Shown: piece after piece, positions 20,723 through 30,883 of the stretch
Layout of the letters: each line of letters opens with the position of its first letter
How positions within the stretch are numbered: the first letter of the stretch is position 1
Source: Synergistales bacterium
GTDB lineage: Bacteria > Synergistota > Synergistia > Synergistales > JAFGMB01
Direction of reading: 5' to 3'
Assembly (NCBI GenBank): GCA_963666205.1
Contig: OY762654.1
Location: 1,376,001-1,440,000, forward strand
DNA: 64,000 nt
Position numbers and translations under genes: made by a program
Notes under the pieces: model-generated
Told to the model about the DNA's origin: nothing
The model's database searches: none
Seen by the model: the letters and a program-made list of their open reading frames with translations, nothing else

Positions 20723-21697
20723 ATGAATATTCACGAAAACCCTGATTTATTCAACGATGTAGTTGACGCCACTTCAATATGGAAAGGGATAAGATCCCTC
20801 TATATTGAAAAGGATTATTGGGTATGCAAAGTGCTGAAAAACCTTTCCAATTCCATATTTCAATCTGAAATAATTTTTAAAGGAGGTACATCTTTATCAA
20901 AAGCATTCGGTATTATAGAGCGTTTCTCTGAAGATATTGACCTTGCGATCATAAAAAGGGACAACCTCACAGACAATCAGATTAAACGAAAAATGAAACA
21001 GGCTATAAGCTGTATTGCTTCAGACCTCAGAGAAGATCCCGCCGACCTACGAATGAGTAAAAGAGGACGCTTTCGTAAAATACCTTTCAAATACCCTCAT
21101 AGAAAAACTTCCTCAAGTATTGTTGATCAGGTTTCAGAAAACCTGTTGGTCGAATTTAACTCTTTTGCCGACCCCAATCCTGCATGTTCAAGAATTATAA
21201 CCAGCTATATCTATGATTTTTTGAAAGAAAATGGCGATGAAGAATTGATATCAGAATATGATCTCTATCCTTTCGAAGTCTCAACCTTATGCCCCAAAAG
21301 AACATTTACGGAAAAGATCTTTGCCATCGGAAGTACCTCATACAGGGAGCATGCTATTGAAAATTTAAAAACCGGTATCCGCCATTTCTATGATCTGCAC
21401 ATGCTCTTTTCACATAAGTACTTCGGGAATTTTATCAGTTCTACTGAATTTCCATTGTATTGCCACAAAGTAAAAGAAGCTGACCATACGAACGCTAACT
21501 TCGGACTTGATTGGGATACACATCCCTTGTCCTCAGCACCTATTTTCAAGAACCCCAATGAATACTGGGCAGAGATATCCCTCACATACGAAAGAGATTT
21601 TGGAGGACTGGTATTCGGGAATTTTCCGGATAAATCAGAGATCGAAAAATCTCTGATAGATATTTCAAATCATGTTATTGAGCACAGTATGGTTTAG
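20723..21697 (+). CDS. AbiEii/AbiGii-family nucleotidyltransferase toxin
   Basis: IEKDYWV, FKGGTSLSK, RFSEDIDL, RTFTEK, RHFYDL. Confidence 0.92.
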   Translation: MNIHENPDLFNDVVDATSIWKGIRSLYIEKDYWVCKVLKNLSNSIFQSEIIFKGGTSLSKAFGIIERFSEDIDLAIIKRDNLTDNQIKRKMKQAISCIASDLREDPADLRMSKRGRFRKIPFKYPHRKTSSSIVDQVSENLLVEFNSFADPNPACSRIITSYIYDFLKENGDEELISEYDLYPFEVSTLCPKRTFTEKIFAIGSTSYREHAIENLKTGIRHFYDLHMLFSHKYFGNFISSTEFPLYCHKVKEADHTNANFGLDWDTHPLSSAPIFKNPNEYWAEISLTYERDFGGLVFGNFPDKSEIEKSLIDISNHVIEHSMV

Positions 21698-22061
21698 ACC
21701 AAATTCACCGAGGAGTACGCCATAGAAAATGCTCTCGAAGATTACTGATGAATTTAAACATTGTTTTGTTATCAATGTTACAACATCCTGCTGACATAAA
21801 ACTGATCCCCAAGGGGTCACAACTCTGCAAAAGTGGAGATTACCCATTACAATTTGCCCTATTTGAATTACAGCAACTATATTGCATATAAATGCTTGAA
21901 ATAAAGCCTTGACTCCCAAATAGTTGCTGATTTTAAAGAAAGAATTGGCCGACTTGAAAGATTTTCAGGAAAACTTTTAGTAAACTTGAAACTGATATGT
22001 TATTAGATTGAATAGAGTGTCGAAATAATTCTTACTTAGCAAATTTCAGGGGAGGAAGAGA

Positions 22062-22853
22062 ATGGCTATCAATCTTGAAGAGTGTTCTGCAAAACTCAAA
22101 AAACATCTTTTTCTGAGAACAGAACCATTGGGCATTGGGATGCTGAAGATGGGAGAAGAAAAACCGGATGGATTTCTTCAGCCTTATAAAGATCTGGGCT
22201 ATCATTTATCAACCTGCCAGGGTTTTGCATTATCGAGAAGGAGCAAAATGTCCCTTCTAATGACAATGAATGATATGTGGTGCTTTGAACCGGTTGTGGG
22301 ATTTGGTCTGGCTACTCCGCCAGAAGATTTTCTTGAGGGGCATAACAGGTATCCCGGCACTGCAAGTTCTCTTGAAGCAGGGAAACAATGGGCTTCCAAC
22401 ATGCCCCGTTTCGAGGTTGGCAAATACCAGGGTGTGCTTTCCGCTCCTCTATCTTCATTCGGAAGGGACAGATCTCCTGATGTGGTAATAATATACTGTG
22501 ATCCATCCCAGTTGACCCATATTATGAGAGCCGTTAACTGGATCGATGGACATGATATATATTCAAGGATCTCTGCGCATGCCGCCTGCGTATATGCGGT
22601 GATCCCCACCATGCTGGAAAATAATTTTCAGGTAGTTGTCCCCTGCGGCGGTGACAGAAGAAGAGCAGCAGCCCAGGATAACGAGATCATCTTCAGTGCA
22701 CCCGTTGATAAACTGGAAAAACTTGTAAAAGGTCTTGACGCGGTAGGAGAAGCAGATGGTGGGCTTCCTGTGCAATTTACACTTAAAGAAGAATACCCCC
22801 TGGAACCTCATTATAAAAAAATGGGCCTGGAAATAGGAATGAAACTGGATTAA
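22062..22853 (+). CDS. DUF169 family protein
   Basis: Cys pattern TCQ..., WC, PDVVIIY..PSQL, AAC, PCGGDRR. Confidence 0.8.
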   Translation: MAINLEECSAKLKKHLFLRTEPLGIGMLKMGEEKPDGFLQPYKDLGYHLSTCQGFALSRRSKMSLLMTMNDMWCFEPVVGFGLATPPEDFLEGHNRYPGTASSLEAGKQWASNMPRFEVGKYQGVLSAPLSSFGRDRSPDVVIIYCDPSQLTHIMRAVNWIDGHDIYSRISAHAACVYAVIPTMLENNFQVVVPCGGDRRRAAAQDNEIIFSAPVDKLEKLVKGLDAVGEADGGLPVQFTLKEEYPLEPHYKKMGLEIGMKLD

Positions 22854-22911
22854 GGATAAATGTGAACACAGAACCGCAATTTTTGCAGAATATTGAATAA
22901 CAAACTACCTC

Positions 22912-22941
22912 AAGGGGAAGCTGTCAAAGCTTCCCCTTATT
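22912..22941 (+). terminator. Probable terminator
   Basis: AAGGGGAAGCT-loop-AGCTTCCCCTT-ATT. Confidence 0.7.
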
Positions 22942-23242
22942 ATTCACGACCGCATATGATGCAGACAACCCTTTTGCTTTAACCACGAAACATCTCAGTG
23001 CGTTCAGCTTGTCTGAAACAAAAAAAAGAGCTTTCAATATCAATAGGCTAGTACCCGGTTCTTGTGGTTCATGACATTTCTGTCGTCCGGGAACATGTGA
23101 TATATATCAATTGAAAGAAAACATCAGAAAATGATCATTAAAATAAAGGAAAGTGTAAGTTTCAGCCTTAAGCCAAATATGTATCGATATGCTATATTAG
23201 CATGGAGAATTGAGATGGCATTTTGTAGAGGGGTGAAATACT

Positions 23243-25822
23243 ACGAAATTCCGGAATAACAATTTACATGAGTATGGCAAAATATTCAGGAACATATTAC
23301 CTGTTATAGGTCTTTCACTTTTTGTATCTGCCTTGTGGATACTTCATAAGGAGCTTAAGGATTACCATGTCCACGATATAATATATCAACTGACACAGAC
23401 CCCTTTAAGATTTATTCTTCTGGCATTTTTATTTACCTTGTTCGATTATTTTACTCTTACCCTGTACGATTTCCTTGCCCTTAGAAGCATAGAGCATCCA
23501 TTGGATTACGGCAATATCTGTTCGGTGTCATTCATTTCCTTTGCTTTTAGCCATAATATAGGATTTTCCCCGGTTTCAGGTGGATCTGTCCGTTACAGAA
23601 TATATACCTCACTGGGTCTTTTACCTGGTGAAATCGCGAGGGTAATAGCCTTTACCACCGGGACTTTCTGGTTAGGATACAGTATTGTTGGAGGGATTGC
23701 TTTTTTGTTTGACCCTCTTGTTCTGCCAGAACAATTTCATATACCCTTTGGTTCCCTCCATTTTCTTGGTATCCTGCTTTTGATCCCCGGGATTTTTTAT
23801 ATAGGATTTTCCCTTCTGAAACATGACACTCTCAAGATCAATGGAATAAAGATGAAACTTTATAGTCCTTCTATACTCCTTCCGCAGATTCTTATTGCTT
23901 TTTCTGACTGGATTCTTGCCGCATCTGTACTGTTTATATTGATACGGGATATTTCTGATATATCGTTTTTTTATTTTTCAGGTATTTTCCTGCTGGCTCA
24001 GCTCTCAGGAGTTTTGAGCCAGGTACCGGGGGGATTAGGTGTCTTTGAAACGGTTATAGTATTGCTTATGCCTCCATCCATTGACAGGCACTCTCTTTTG
24101 GGCACCCTTCTTGTTTACAGAGGTATTTATTACCTTATACCCTTTTTTACGGCAATTATATGCCTGGGATTCCGGGAAACAGGTTTGAACAAAAAGTTGT
24201 TAGTTGCTGGAGGAAAGAGGGTAGCTTTTGTTCTGTTTCCCTTGATACCCTACCTGTTTTCGCTGGGCACTTTTATAGCTGGCGCAATTCTTCTAGCAAC
24301 AGGTTCCCTTCCTGTACCTATAGGCTATCTGCAGTTTCTGGAGAAATATATTCCTCTTACATTAGTTGAGGTATCTCATTTTATGGGTGCTCTCACAGGT
24401 ATGGCTTTGATTTTTCTATCCGGGGGGCTGCGGAGAAAGATAGATACAGCCTGGTTACTTACGTGTGTTCTGCTTACATCGGGAATTATTTTTTCTATTC
24501 TGAGAGGTTCCCATTACGTTGAGGTCGGGATACTTGTGGCCATGCTCATTCCACTTATCCCGGCAAAAAAGCATTTTACCCGCAAAGGCATGCTGTTAGG
24601 GAACGTAATGAGCATTCAATGGCTGGCAAGCGTTTTTCTTGTTTTGATTACCACATCATGGTTAGGATTTTTTTCCTACCGTCATGTAAATTATTCATCA
24701 CAGCTATGGTGGCAGTTTACCCTTGAAAATAATGCGCCAAGATTCCTGAGAGCCCAGGCTGGAATTGTTATTTTCCTCAGTTTAATAGCCCTGAAACAGT
24801 TATTCACACATGCAAAAGCACAAGAGACCATGGGACAGATCGACCGATCCAGGGTCGAAAGCATAGTATCCCTTTCACCAAGAAGTGATGCTTCCCTCGC
24901 CCTTCTGGGAGATAAAAAGTTCTTGTTCAGCAATTCCGGAAATTCCATGATCATGTATGGTGTCCGTGGTAAAAGATGGATCTCCATGGGTGATCCTCTC
25001 GGGGTGAAAGAAGAATGGCCGGGTTTACTATGGGATTTTCGGGAACTTGCCGATAAATATGGTGGAAATGCTATCTTCTACCAGGTATCTCCCACACAGA
25101 TCGTGAATTATGTTGATATGGGATTGACCCTTGTCAAACTTGGAGAAGTGGGCAAAGTCCCTCTCTATGATTTCAATCTTGAAGGAAGTTCACACAAGAA
25201 GTTCAGGTGGACTCTCAGGAAAGCGGAAAAAGAAGGTTTAAGTTTCAGGGTACTTATGCCTCCAGAAACGAATATCATAATGGATAATATCGAAGAGATC
25301 TCCGATCTCTGGCTGGCTGATAAAAACACCAGGGAGAAAGGATTCTCTCTCGGATCTTTTAACAGGGAATACCTGGCCAGATTTCCTGTCGGGATAGTAG
25401 AGCTGAATTCCTCCATAGTGGCTTTCTCAAACTTCTGGGTCAGTTATGAGAAGGAGGAAATATCCCCTGATCTCATGCGTTATAAATCTGGCATTCCCTC
25501 AGAAGTAATGGATTATCTTTTTTTAAAGTCCATGATATGGGGAAAAGAACAGGGATTCAGATATTTTAATCTTGGAATGTCTCCACTTTCCGGACTTGAA
25601 GGACATAAAATGGCGCCCTTATGGCAAAAGTTCGGGAATTTCCTGTACCGTCATGGAGAATATTTTTATAATTTTCAGGGATTAAGAATGTACAAAGATA
25701 AATTTTCGCCCCAATGGGAAGCACGCTACCTCGCATTTCCTGGAAAATTATCTCTGCCAGGAACATTGGCAGATGTGTCGGCACTTATTGCCGGGGGAAT
25801 ACCTGGCATCTTCGGGAAATAA
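23243..25822 (+). CDS. mprF: Bifunctional aminoacyl(lysyl)-phosphatidylglycerol flippase/synthase (start uncertain; first canonical start is TTG 23333)
   Basis: SGGSVRYR.Y, PGGLGVFE, LALLGDK, GDPLG, EKGFSLG, DLMR, FNLGMSPL, YNFQGLR.YK.KF.P.WE.RYL. Confidence 0.9.
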   Translation, partial: TKFRNNNLHEYGKIFRNILPVIGLSLFVSALWILHKELKDYHVHDIIYQLTQTPLRFILLAFLFTLFDYFTLTLYDFLALRSIEHPLDYGNICSVSFISFAFSHNIGFSPVSGGSVRYRIYTSLGLLPGEIARVIAFTTGTFWLGYSIVGGIAFLFDPLVLPEQFHIPFGSLHFLGILLLIPGIFYIGFSLLKHDTLKINGIKMKLYSPSILLPQILIAFSDWILAASVLFILIRDISDISFFYFSGIFLLAQLSGVLSQVPGGLGVFETVIVLLMPPSIDRHSLLGTLLVYRGIYYLIPFFTAIICLGFRETGLNKKLLVAGGKRVAFVLFPLIPYLFSLGTFIAGAILLATGSLPVPIGYLQFLEKYIPLTLVEVSHFMGALTGMALIFLSGGLRRKIDTAWLLTCVLLTSGIIFSILRGSHYVEVGILVAMLIPLIPAKKHFTRKGMLLGNVMSIQWLASVFLVLITTSWLGFFSYRHVNYSSQLWWQFTLENNAPRFLRAQAGIVIFLSLIALKQLFTHAKAQETMGQIDRSRVESIVSLSPRSDASLALLGDKKFLFSNSGNSMIMYGVRGKRWISMGDPLGVKEEWPGLLWDFRELADKYGGNAIFYQVSPTQIVNYVDMGLTLVKLGEVGKVPLYDFNLEGSSHKKFRWTLRKAEKEGLSFRVLMPPETNIIMDNIEEISDLWLADKNTREKGFSLGSFNREYLARFPVGIVELNSSIVAFSNFWVSYEKEEISPDLMRYKSGIPSEVMDYLFLKSMIWGKEQGFRYFNLGMSPLSGLEGHKMAPLWQKFGNFLYRHGEYFYNFQGLRMYKDKFSPQWEARYLAFPGKLSLPGTLADVSALIAGGIPGIFGK

Positions 25823-25845
25823 AACCGCGGTAAAGTCCTTTTTTA

Positions 25846-26042
25846 CCAGGTACTGCCCCATTAAAAAGGAACGCATTCGGGTCTGCGGAATTCCAACCAT
25901 GTTGGCGGCAATTATGACCCGGTTTTTCTGAGAATATACCAGATGTATATCGAAAAGATGTGAATTGGAAATTAGAAAACCACATTACTCAAAGGCAGCA
26001 TTGCATACATACGGTTAAAATCAAGGTCTGACCCCATTATTG
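25846..26042. repeat. 197-bp direct repeat, copy 1 (gene-remnant 'left arm' + core site R2)
   Basis: Colinear with 33803-33999, about 9 substitutions by eye and no indels. Confidence 0.95.
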
Positions 26043-26067
26043 TTTGTGTAACCTGATCTCTATTCTG

Positions 26068-27102
26068 CTAGATTTTTTTCGATTTTTCCCCAACAACCTG
26101 AATATCTTTTAACGCCTTATCAAAATCATTTTCGAAAAGATGATCCTGGACTATTCTGTATTTTTCAAACTCGCTTTCGGCAAAGTTTTTTGCCATCTCA
26201 GCAGAAATTTGCCCACTATCCTTCAAGATATCTCTATCAGTAAATTCAATAAACATATCCAGTCGTTTCGACCAGTCTTCCATAGTCATAGGGATCCTGC
26301 GTCTGGCACGCTCCTCCGCCAGATCAAGGTAGGCATTTACAATTCTGCCAAGAGCTCCCAGTTCTTCTTTCGTTAAATAGTTCTTAGCAATAGAAACATC
26401 ACTTTTCAGGATCTTTCCATCGGGGCCATTCTTCCATGAAGTCAATCCCATATTTTCCTTGCTGCTATCAGAACGCTTCGTGATAAGTTCTGCAGCGGTG
26501 TGACCATGAATAGCAAAATGAAGTTTGTTCTGAACCTTGGCAAAAAAGGCTCTGGTTGTGGGTGCATCCCTGTTGTAGTCAATACTGGTAGAATATATAT
26601 CGGTAATTTTCTGATAAAAACGTCTCTCGCTCAGTCGGATCTCCCGGATCTCTTCAAGAAGATGCTCAAAATAATCTTCCCCCAGGAAAGAACCATTTTC
26701 CATCCTTTTTTTATCAAGGACATAACCCTTGATAGCAAATTCTTTGAGAACCTGGGTAGCCCACTGGCGGAACTGTGTCGCTCTAATGGAATTGACCCTG
26801 TAGCCTACAGATATGATGGCATCCAGGTTATAGAACTGGGTTAAATATTCCTTCCCATCAGAAGCAGTATTCCGGAATTTCCGGATAACTGATTCGGCTT
26901 TTAATTCAGAGCTTTGAAAAATATTTTTAAGATGTTCACTCACAGTTCTTACATCAACATCAAAAAGCTCTGCCATAAGCTTTTGTGATAACCATATTGT
27001 GTCATCCTCATACCTGGCTTCTATGCTTGTTTCACCGCTCTGAGCAGTAAATATCAGAAATTCCGATGTGGAGTTCCGGATCATCTGCCTTTGACCTTTC
27101 AT
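26068..27102 (-). CDS. Virulence RhuM-family DNA-binding protein
   Basis: IRNSTSEFLIF, TIWLSQK.MAELF, YNLDAIISVGYRVNS..ATQFRQWAT, IREIRLSERRFYQKITDIY. Confidence 0.92.
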   Translation of the reverse strand: MKGQRQMIRNSTSEFLIFTAQSGETSIEARYEDDTIWLSQKLMAELFDVDVRTVSEHLKNIFQSSELKAESVIRKFRNTASDGKEYLTQFYNLDAIISVGYRVNSIRATQFRQWATQVLKEFAIKGYVLDKKRMENGSFLGEDYFEHLLEEIREIRLSERRFYQKITDIYSTSIDYNRDAPTTRAFFAKVQNKLHFAIHGHTAAELITKRSDSSKENMGLTSWKNGPDGKILKSDVSIAKNYLTKEELGALGRIVNAYLDLAEERARRRIPMTMEDWSKRLDMFIEFTDRDILKDSGQISAEMAKNFAESEFEKYRIVQDHLFENDFDKALKDIQVVGEKSKKI

Positions 27103-27360
27103 ATGGTTTCCCAGTGAGAACACCCCCTGTATTTCCGATCTATGCTCATAAAATCATAGCTTTTCCATAGAAAGCTGCTAACAGGACCTCTAATTCAAAC
27201 AAGTCTGATCTAACAAATAAAGGCTGCCTCTCCATATAAATACTATTTGTATATATTTTAGCATTTAGATCTGGAATGGAAAACAGCGTTGTTTTTGTAC
27301 CAATGCTCCCCGAAATGATAAGTTCTGATGCAAACCTGCCCCACTAAATAAAAAGAGAAC

Positions 27361-27549
27361 TGCATACATACGGTTAAAATCAAGGTCTGACCCCATTATT
27401 GGTAATGTCAGGAAAAAACGGAGGGGCATCGGGGCCGGATTGTTCTGGCGAACCAGATAACGCCCCCCGGAGCCATACCTCCATCTCTTCTTTATCGTAG
27501 TCCTTTTCAGGTTTTCAAGGGCTGCTATTATCTGCGATTTTAATAGCAG
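27361..27549. repeat. Core site R3 (41 bp identical to 26002-26042) + 'right arm' ending in a hairpin
   Basis: TGCATACATACGGTTAAAATCAAGGTCTGACCCCATTATTG; GAACCAGATAAC, GAGCCATACCTCC; hairpin CTGCTATTA/TAATAGCAG 27522-27549. Confidence 0.92.
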
Positions 27550-27829
27550 GCATCATCATCCACTTCTATCTTTCGGGTTCAGAAATCCCAGATTCGTATT
27601 GTCAAAAAGCAAAGTTTGTTCTATGATTACTGGCACATTCTTGGACTCTGAATATTAAAAATATTTCAGCTTTAATATTCCATGTTATAATTTTCGTTCA
27701 CTGCGAACCTTAAATCTCAGGGTATTTTCTGGATTCTCGAAATTTGTTTTTTGAACCATCCCTATTAATCAAATGAATTATCCAGTTTTTGAAATTAAAA
27801 ATATAACGATGTGAAAGGAGTGTTATGTT

Positions 27830-28837
27830 ATGAGAAGAAATAAGTTTTTCCAGATAGTCCTTGTAAGTGCTCTTGCCATTCTTTTTTGCTCAGGCAGCGC
27901 TTTTGCCGTCACATTTATGAGCATGGGTACAGGTTCTACCGGTGGAACCTTCTATCCAGTTGGAGTTATTCTTTCTAATGTATTCAATGAAGAACTTCAG
28001 CCCGAAGGATATAAATTCAGCGCCCAGGCCTCTGGAGGAAGCACTGAAAACCTGGAAATGCTCCGTAACAAGGAGATCAAGCTGGCAGTATGCGGAAGTG
28101 TTCCGGCAGCTAACGCCTATCAGGGTGTTGATAAATACGAAGGCAAAGAGATAAAGAACATCCGTTTTGTCACCGCCCTATGGCCGGAAGCAGTTCAGCT
28201 GATGTACAGGAAAGATTCCGGCATCAAGACCCTGGCTGATTTCAAGGGCAAAAAAGTCTCCGTAGGTCCGGCTGCAGGCGGGGGTGTTTTCTATTTACCC
28301 ACTATCCTCAAGGAATATAATGGCATGACCTTCGATGATTTTGACGCTCAGTACCTGGGTTATGGCGATTCTGTACAGGCGCTCCAGAATGGGCTCATTG
28401 ACGCATGTTATCTGTCTTCAGGATTGCCGACTTCAGCAGTTTCCCAGCTCTATGCCGGACAGGTGGATGTGGGAATGGTCGAATTCACCGATGAGGAAAT
28501 GAAGCGTATTGTCGAGGCAGCCCCCTACTTTACTCCATTGGTTATTCCCGAAAACATGTATTCAAAGCAGGATAAGCCTCTGCATACCCTTGCTATGAAA
28601 TCTTCACTTATCTGTGATCAGGACATTGACGACGAGGTTATCTACAAAATGCTCGATTCCCTGTATCTCAAACATATTGAGGAAGTAAGGGGACAGCACG
28701 GCTCCCTGAAACTTGTGACCCTGGATGAAGCTGTTAAGGGTCTGACCGGGGTACCTATGCATCCCGGTGCTGTAAAATTCTATAGAGAACAGGGCATTAC
28801 CGTTCCTGATCGTCTCCTTCCTCCGGAAATGAAATAA
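27830..28837 (+). CDS. TAXI-family TRAP solute-binding protein
   Basis: Signal peptide, GTGSTGGTFYPVG, SGGSTEN, PMHPGAVKFYRE. Confidence 0.93.
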   Translation: MRRNKFFQIVLVSALAILFCSGSAFAVTFMSMGTGSTGGTFYPVGVILSNVFNEELQPEGYKFSAQASGGSTENLEMLRNKEIKLAVCGSVPAANAYQGVDKYEGKEIKNIRFVTALWPEAVQLMYRKDSGIKTLADFKGKKVSVGPAAGGGVFYLPTILKEYNGMTFDDFDAQYLGYGDSVQALQNGLIDACYLSSGLPTSAVSQLYAGQVDVGMVEFTDEEMKRIVEAAPYFTPLVIPENMYSKQDKPLHTLAMKSSLICDQDIDDEVIYKMLDSLYLKHIEEVRGQHGSLKLVTLDEAVKGLTGVPMHPGAVKFYREQGITVPDRLLPPEMK

Positions 28838-28910
28838 ACCAGCTATTCGAATATCAGCAAAAAAGCAGGTGCATATTGTCTTGTGCCTGCTTTTTTGCAT
28901 AACGGGAGAG

Positions 28911-30797
28911 ATGTCAATGTTGGATAATTCCTCTGGAAAACTCACTCAAGTATCATTCAGGAATTTTTTTCTTATTTTTACAGTTGCAGTATCGTTAATT
29001 CACATTTATTACAACAGTTTCGGCCTTATAGAAGTAGTACCCAAAAACATGATCCACGTTTCTTTAATGATGGGCATCGTATTTTTAACCAAAAGGGCAC
29101 GAACAGGTTCTACGTCCGAGTTGCCCTCATTTTTTGACTGGATATTATTTGCTCTCTCCATAGCTGTTGGAGCCCACCTTCTGGTCTCATATGACAGATG
29201 GGTTCATACCCTTTTGACTCCCAACACCATGGATAGAATATACAGCGTGATCTTTATCCTTCTGGTCATAGAGGCTGCCAGACGTACAACAGGCTGGGTC
29301 CTAACCTCAATTGGTGTCACATTCCTGGCATACACATACCTGGGCCCATGGTGTCCGGGAGCTTTTGCCCATGCAGGTTTTTCATTTAGCAGGATCATGG
29401 TAAGGATGACTATGACCTCCGAGGGTATTCTAGGAGTAGCGGCAATGGTATCGGCATCATATATATTCATGTTCATACTCTTCGCCAGTTTCCTTAAGGC
29501 CACAAAGGCCTCGGAATTTTTTAATGATCTTGCCTCCGCTTTAACCGGAGGTACCCGTGGAGGTCCGGCAAAAGCTTCCATTTTTGCAAGTGCACTTACC
29601 GGAACCATTTCCGGGAGCTCCCAGGCAAATGTGGCCACTACGGGTTCCTTTACGATCCCTCTAATGATACACACTGGTTACAAACCCTATTTTGCAGCAG
29701 CGGTCGAGGCAATAGCCTCAACTGGAGGTGTACTCATGCCTCCGATCATGGGTGCAGCGGCTTTTATCATGAGTTCCTACCTGGGTATCTCCTATAACAA
29801 GATAATGCTCGCCGGGATCACCCCCGCGTTACTTTATTACTGGACCCTTTTCCATATGGTCGATCTCGGAGCGGTAAGATGGAAACTGGCAGGTATGCCG
29901 AAGGACCAGCTTCCTGACCTCAAAAAGGTCATGAAACAGAGGGGACACCTTCTTGCGCCCCTCATCCTCATAATAGCCTTTCTGGTAATAGGCTACAGCC
30001 CCCTGTTTGCGGCTTTCATGGGGATCATAAGCGTCATAGTGGTTTCTTTTTTAAGGAAGGAAACAAGGCTTACGATTCCCAAAATGATCGAAGCACTTTC
30101 TGAGGGAGCTGTAAACGGGGCAACCATAGCCATAATATGCGCGGTAATAGGATTTGTAATAGCATCCGTTGGCATGACCGGTATAGGCCAGACCATAGGA
30201 AACAACATCGTAAAGTGGTCGGGCAGCCAGGTATGGCTTACTGGAATACTGTGTATGATAACTGCTATCGTTCTCGGTATGGGACTTCCAGGTCCTGCAT
30301 GTTACATAATCACAGCGACAGTTGCCGCCCCAGCCCTTGTCAAAATAGGCATTCCCCAGCTTGGTGCCCATTTCTTTGCCTTTTATTTCGGGACCATGTC
30401 CTCAGTTATTCCGCCGGTGGCCCTGACATCCTTTACAGCTGCCGCCATTGCCCGATGTAACCCAACAAAAGTGGCTTTTACAGGATTGTTCATAGGGACA
30501 GCCGGTTTTATTATCCCCTTTATGTGGCTCTATAATCCCATCATTCTAGCTGAGTCCTTCAGCTGGGGCAGGTATGCCTGGGTTGTCTCAACTGCCATGG
30601 TAGGCCTTTATTCACTTGCCCACACCATAATAGGTTACGGGTTCGCAAAACTGTTCTTTTATGAAAGGATCATTCTGGGCGCAGCGGCATTGCTGCTTGT
30701 TTTCCCTCACCCTGTGACAAGGTCCATCGGCCTGGTGGTTTTTGCTTCAGGCTTTGCTGCTCATTACATCAGGACCAGGAAAAAAAGGCAAAAATGA
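28911..30797 (+). CDS. TRAP transporter fused permease
   Basis: GGPAKA, GTISGSSQANV, ASTGGVLMPPIMGAAAFIM, PPVAL; GGGAG before ATG 28911/28917. Confidence 0.92.
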   Translation: MSMLDNSSGKLTQVSFRNFFLIFTVAVSLIHIYYNSFGLIEVVPKNMIHVSLMMGIVFLTKRARTGSTSELPSFFDWILFALSIAVGAHLLVSYDRWVHTLLTPNTMDRIYSVIFILLVIEAARRTTGWVLTSIGVTFLAYTYLGPWCPGAFAHAGFSFSRIMVRMTMTSEGILGVAAMVSASYIFMFILFASFLKATKASEFFNDLASALTGGTRGGPAKASIFASALTGTISGSSQANVATTGSFTIPLMIHTGYKPYFAAAVEAIASTGGVLMPPIMGAAAFIMSSYLGISYNKIMLAGITPALLYYWTLFHMVDLGAVRWKLAGMPKDQLPDLKKVMKQRGHLLAPLILIIAFLVIGYSPLFAAFMGIISVIVVSFLRKETRLTIPKMIEALSEGAVNGATIAIICAVIGFVIASVGMTGIGQTIGNNIVKWSGSQVWLTGILCMITAIVLGMGLPGPACYIITATVAAPALVKIGIPQLGAHFFAFYFGTMSSVIPPVALTSFTAAAIARCNPTKVAFTGLFIGTAGFIIPFMWLYNPIILAESFSWGRYAWVVSTAMVGLYSLAHTIIGYGFAKLFFYERIILGAAALLLVFPHPVTRSIGLVVFASGFAAHYIRTRKKRQK

Positions 30798-30847
30798 CAG
30801 AATAAGGTCAGGGAAGATAGCGAAGAGAGTAAAAAGAAGGTGTTTAA

Positions 30848-30880
30848 AAACCGGGGAGCCTTTTGAGGGCTCCCCGGTTT
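30848..30880. terminator. Bidirectional terminator between convergent genes
   Basis: AAACCGGGGAGCC-loop-GGCTCCCCGGTTT. Confidence 0.85.
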
Positions 30881-30883
30881 CTG

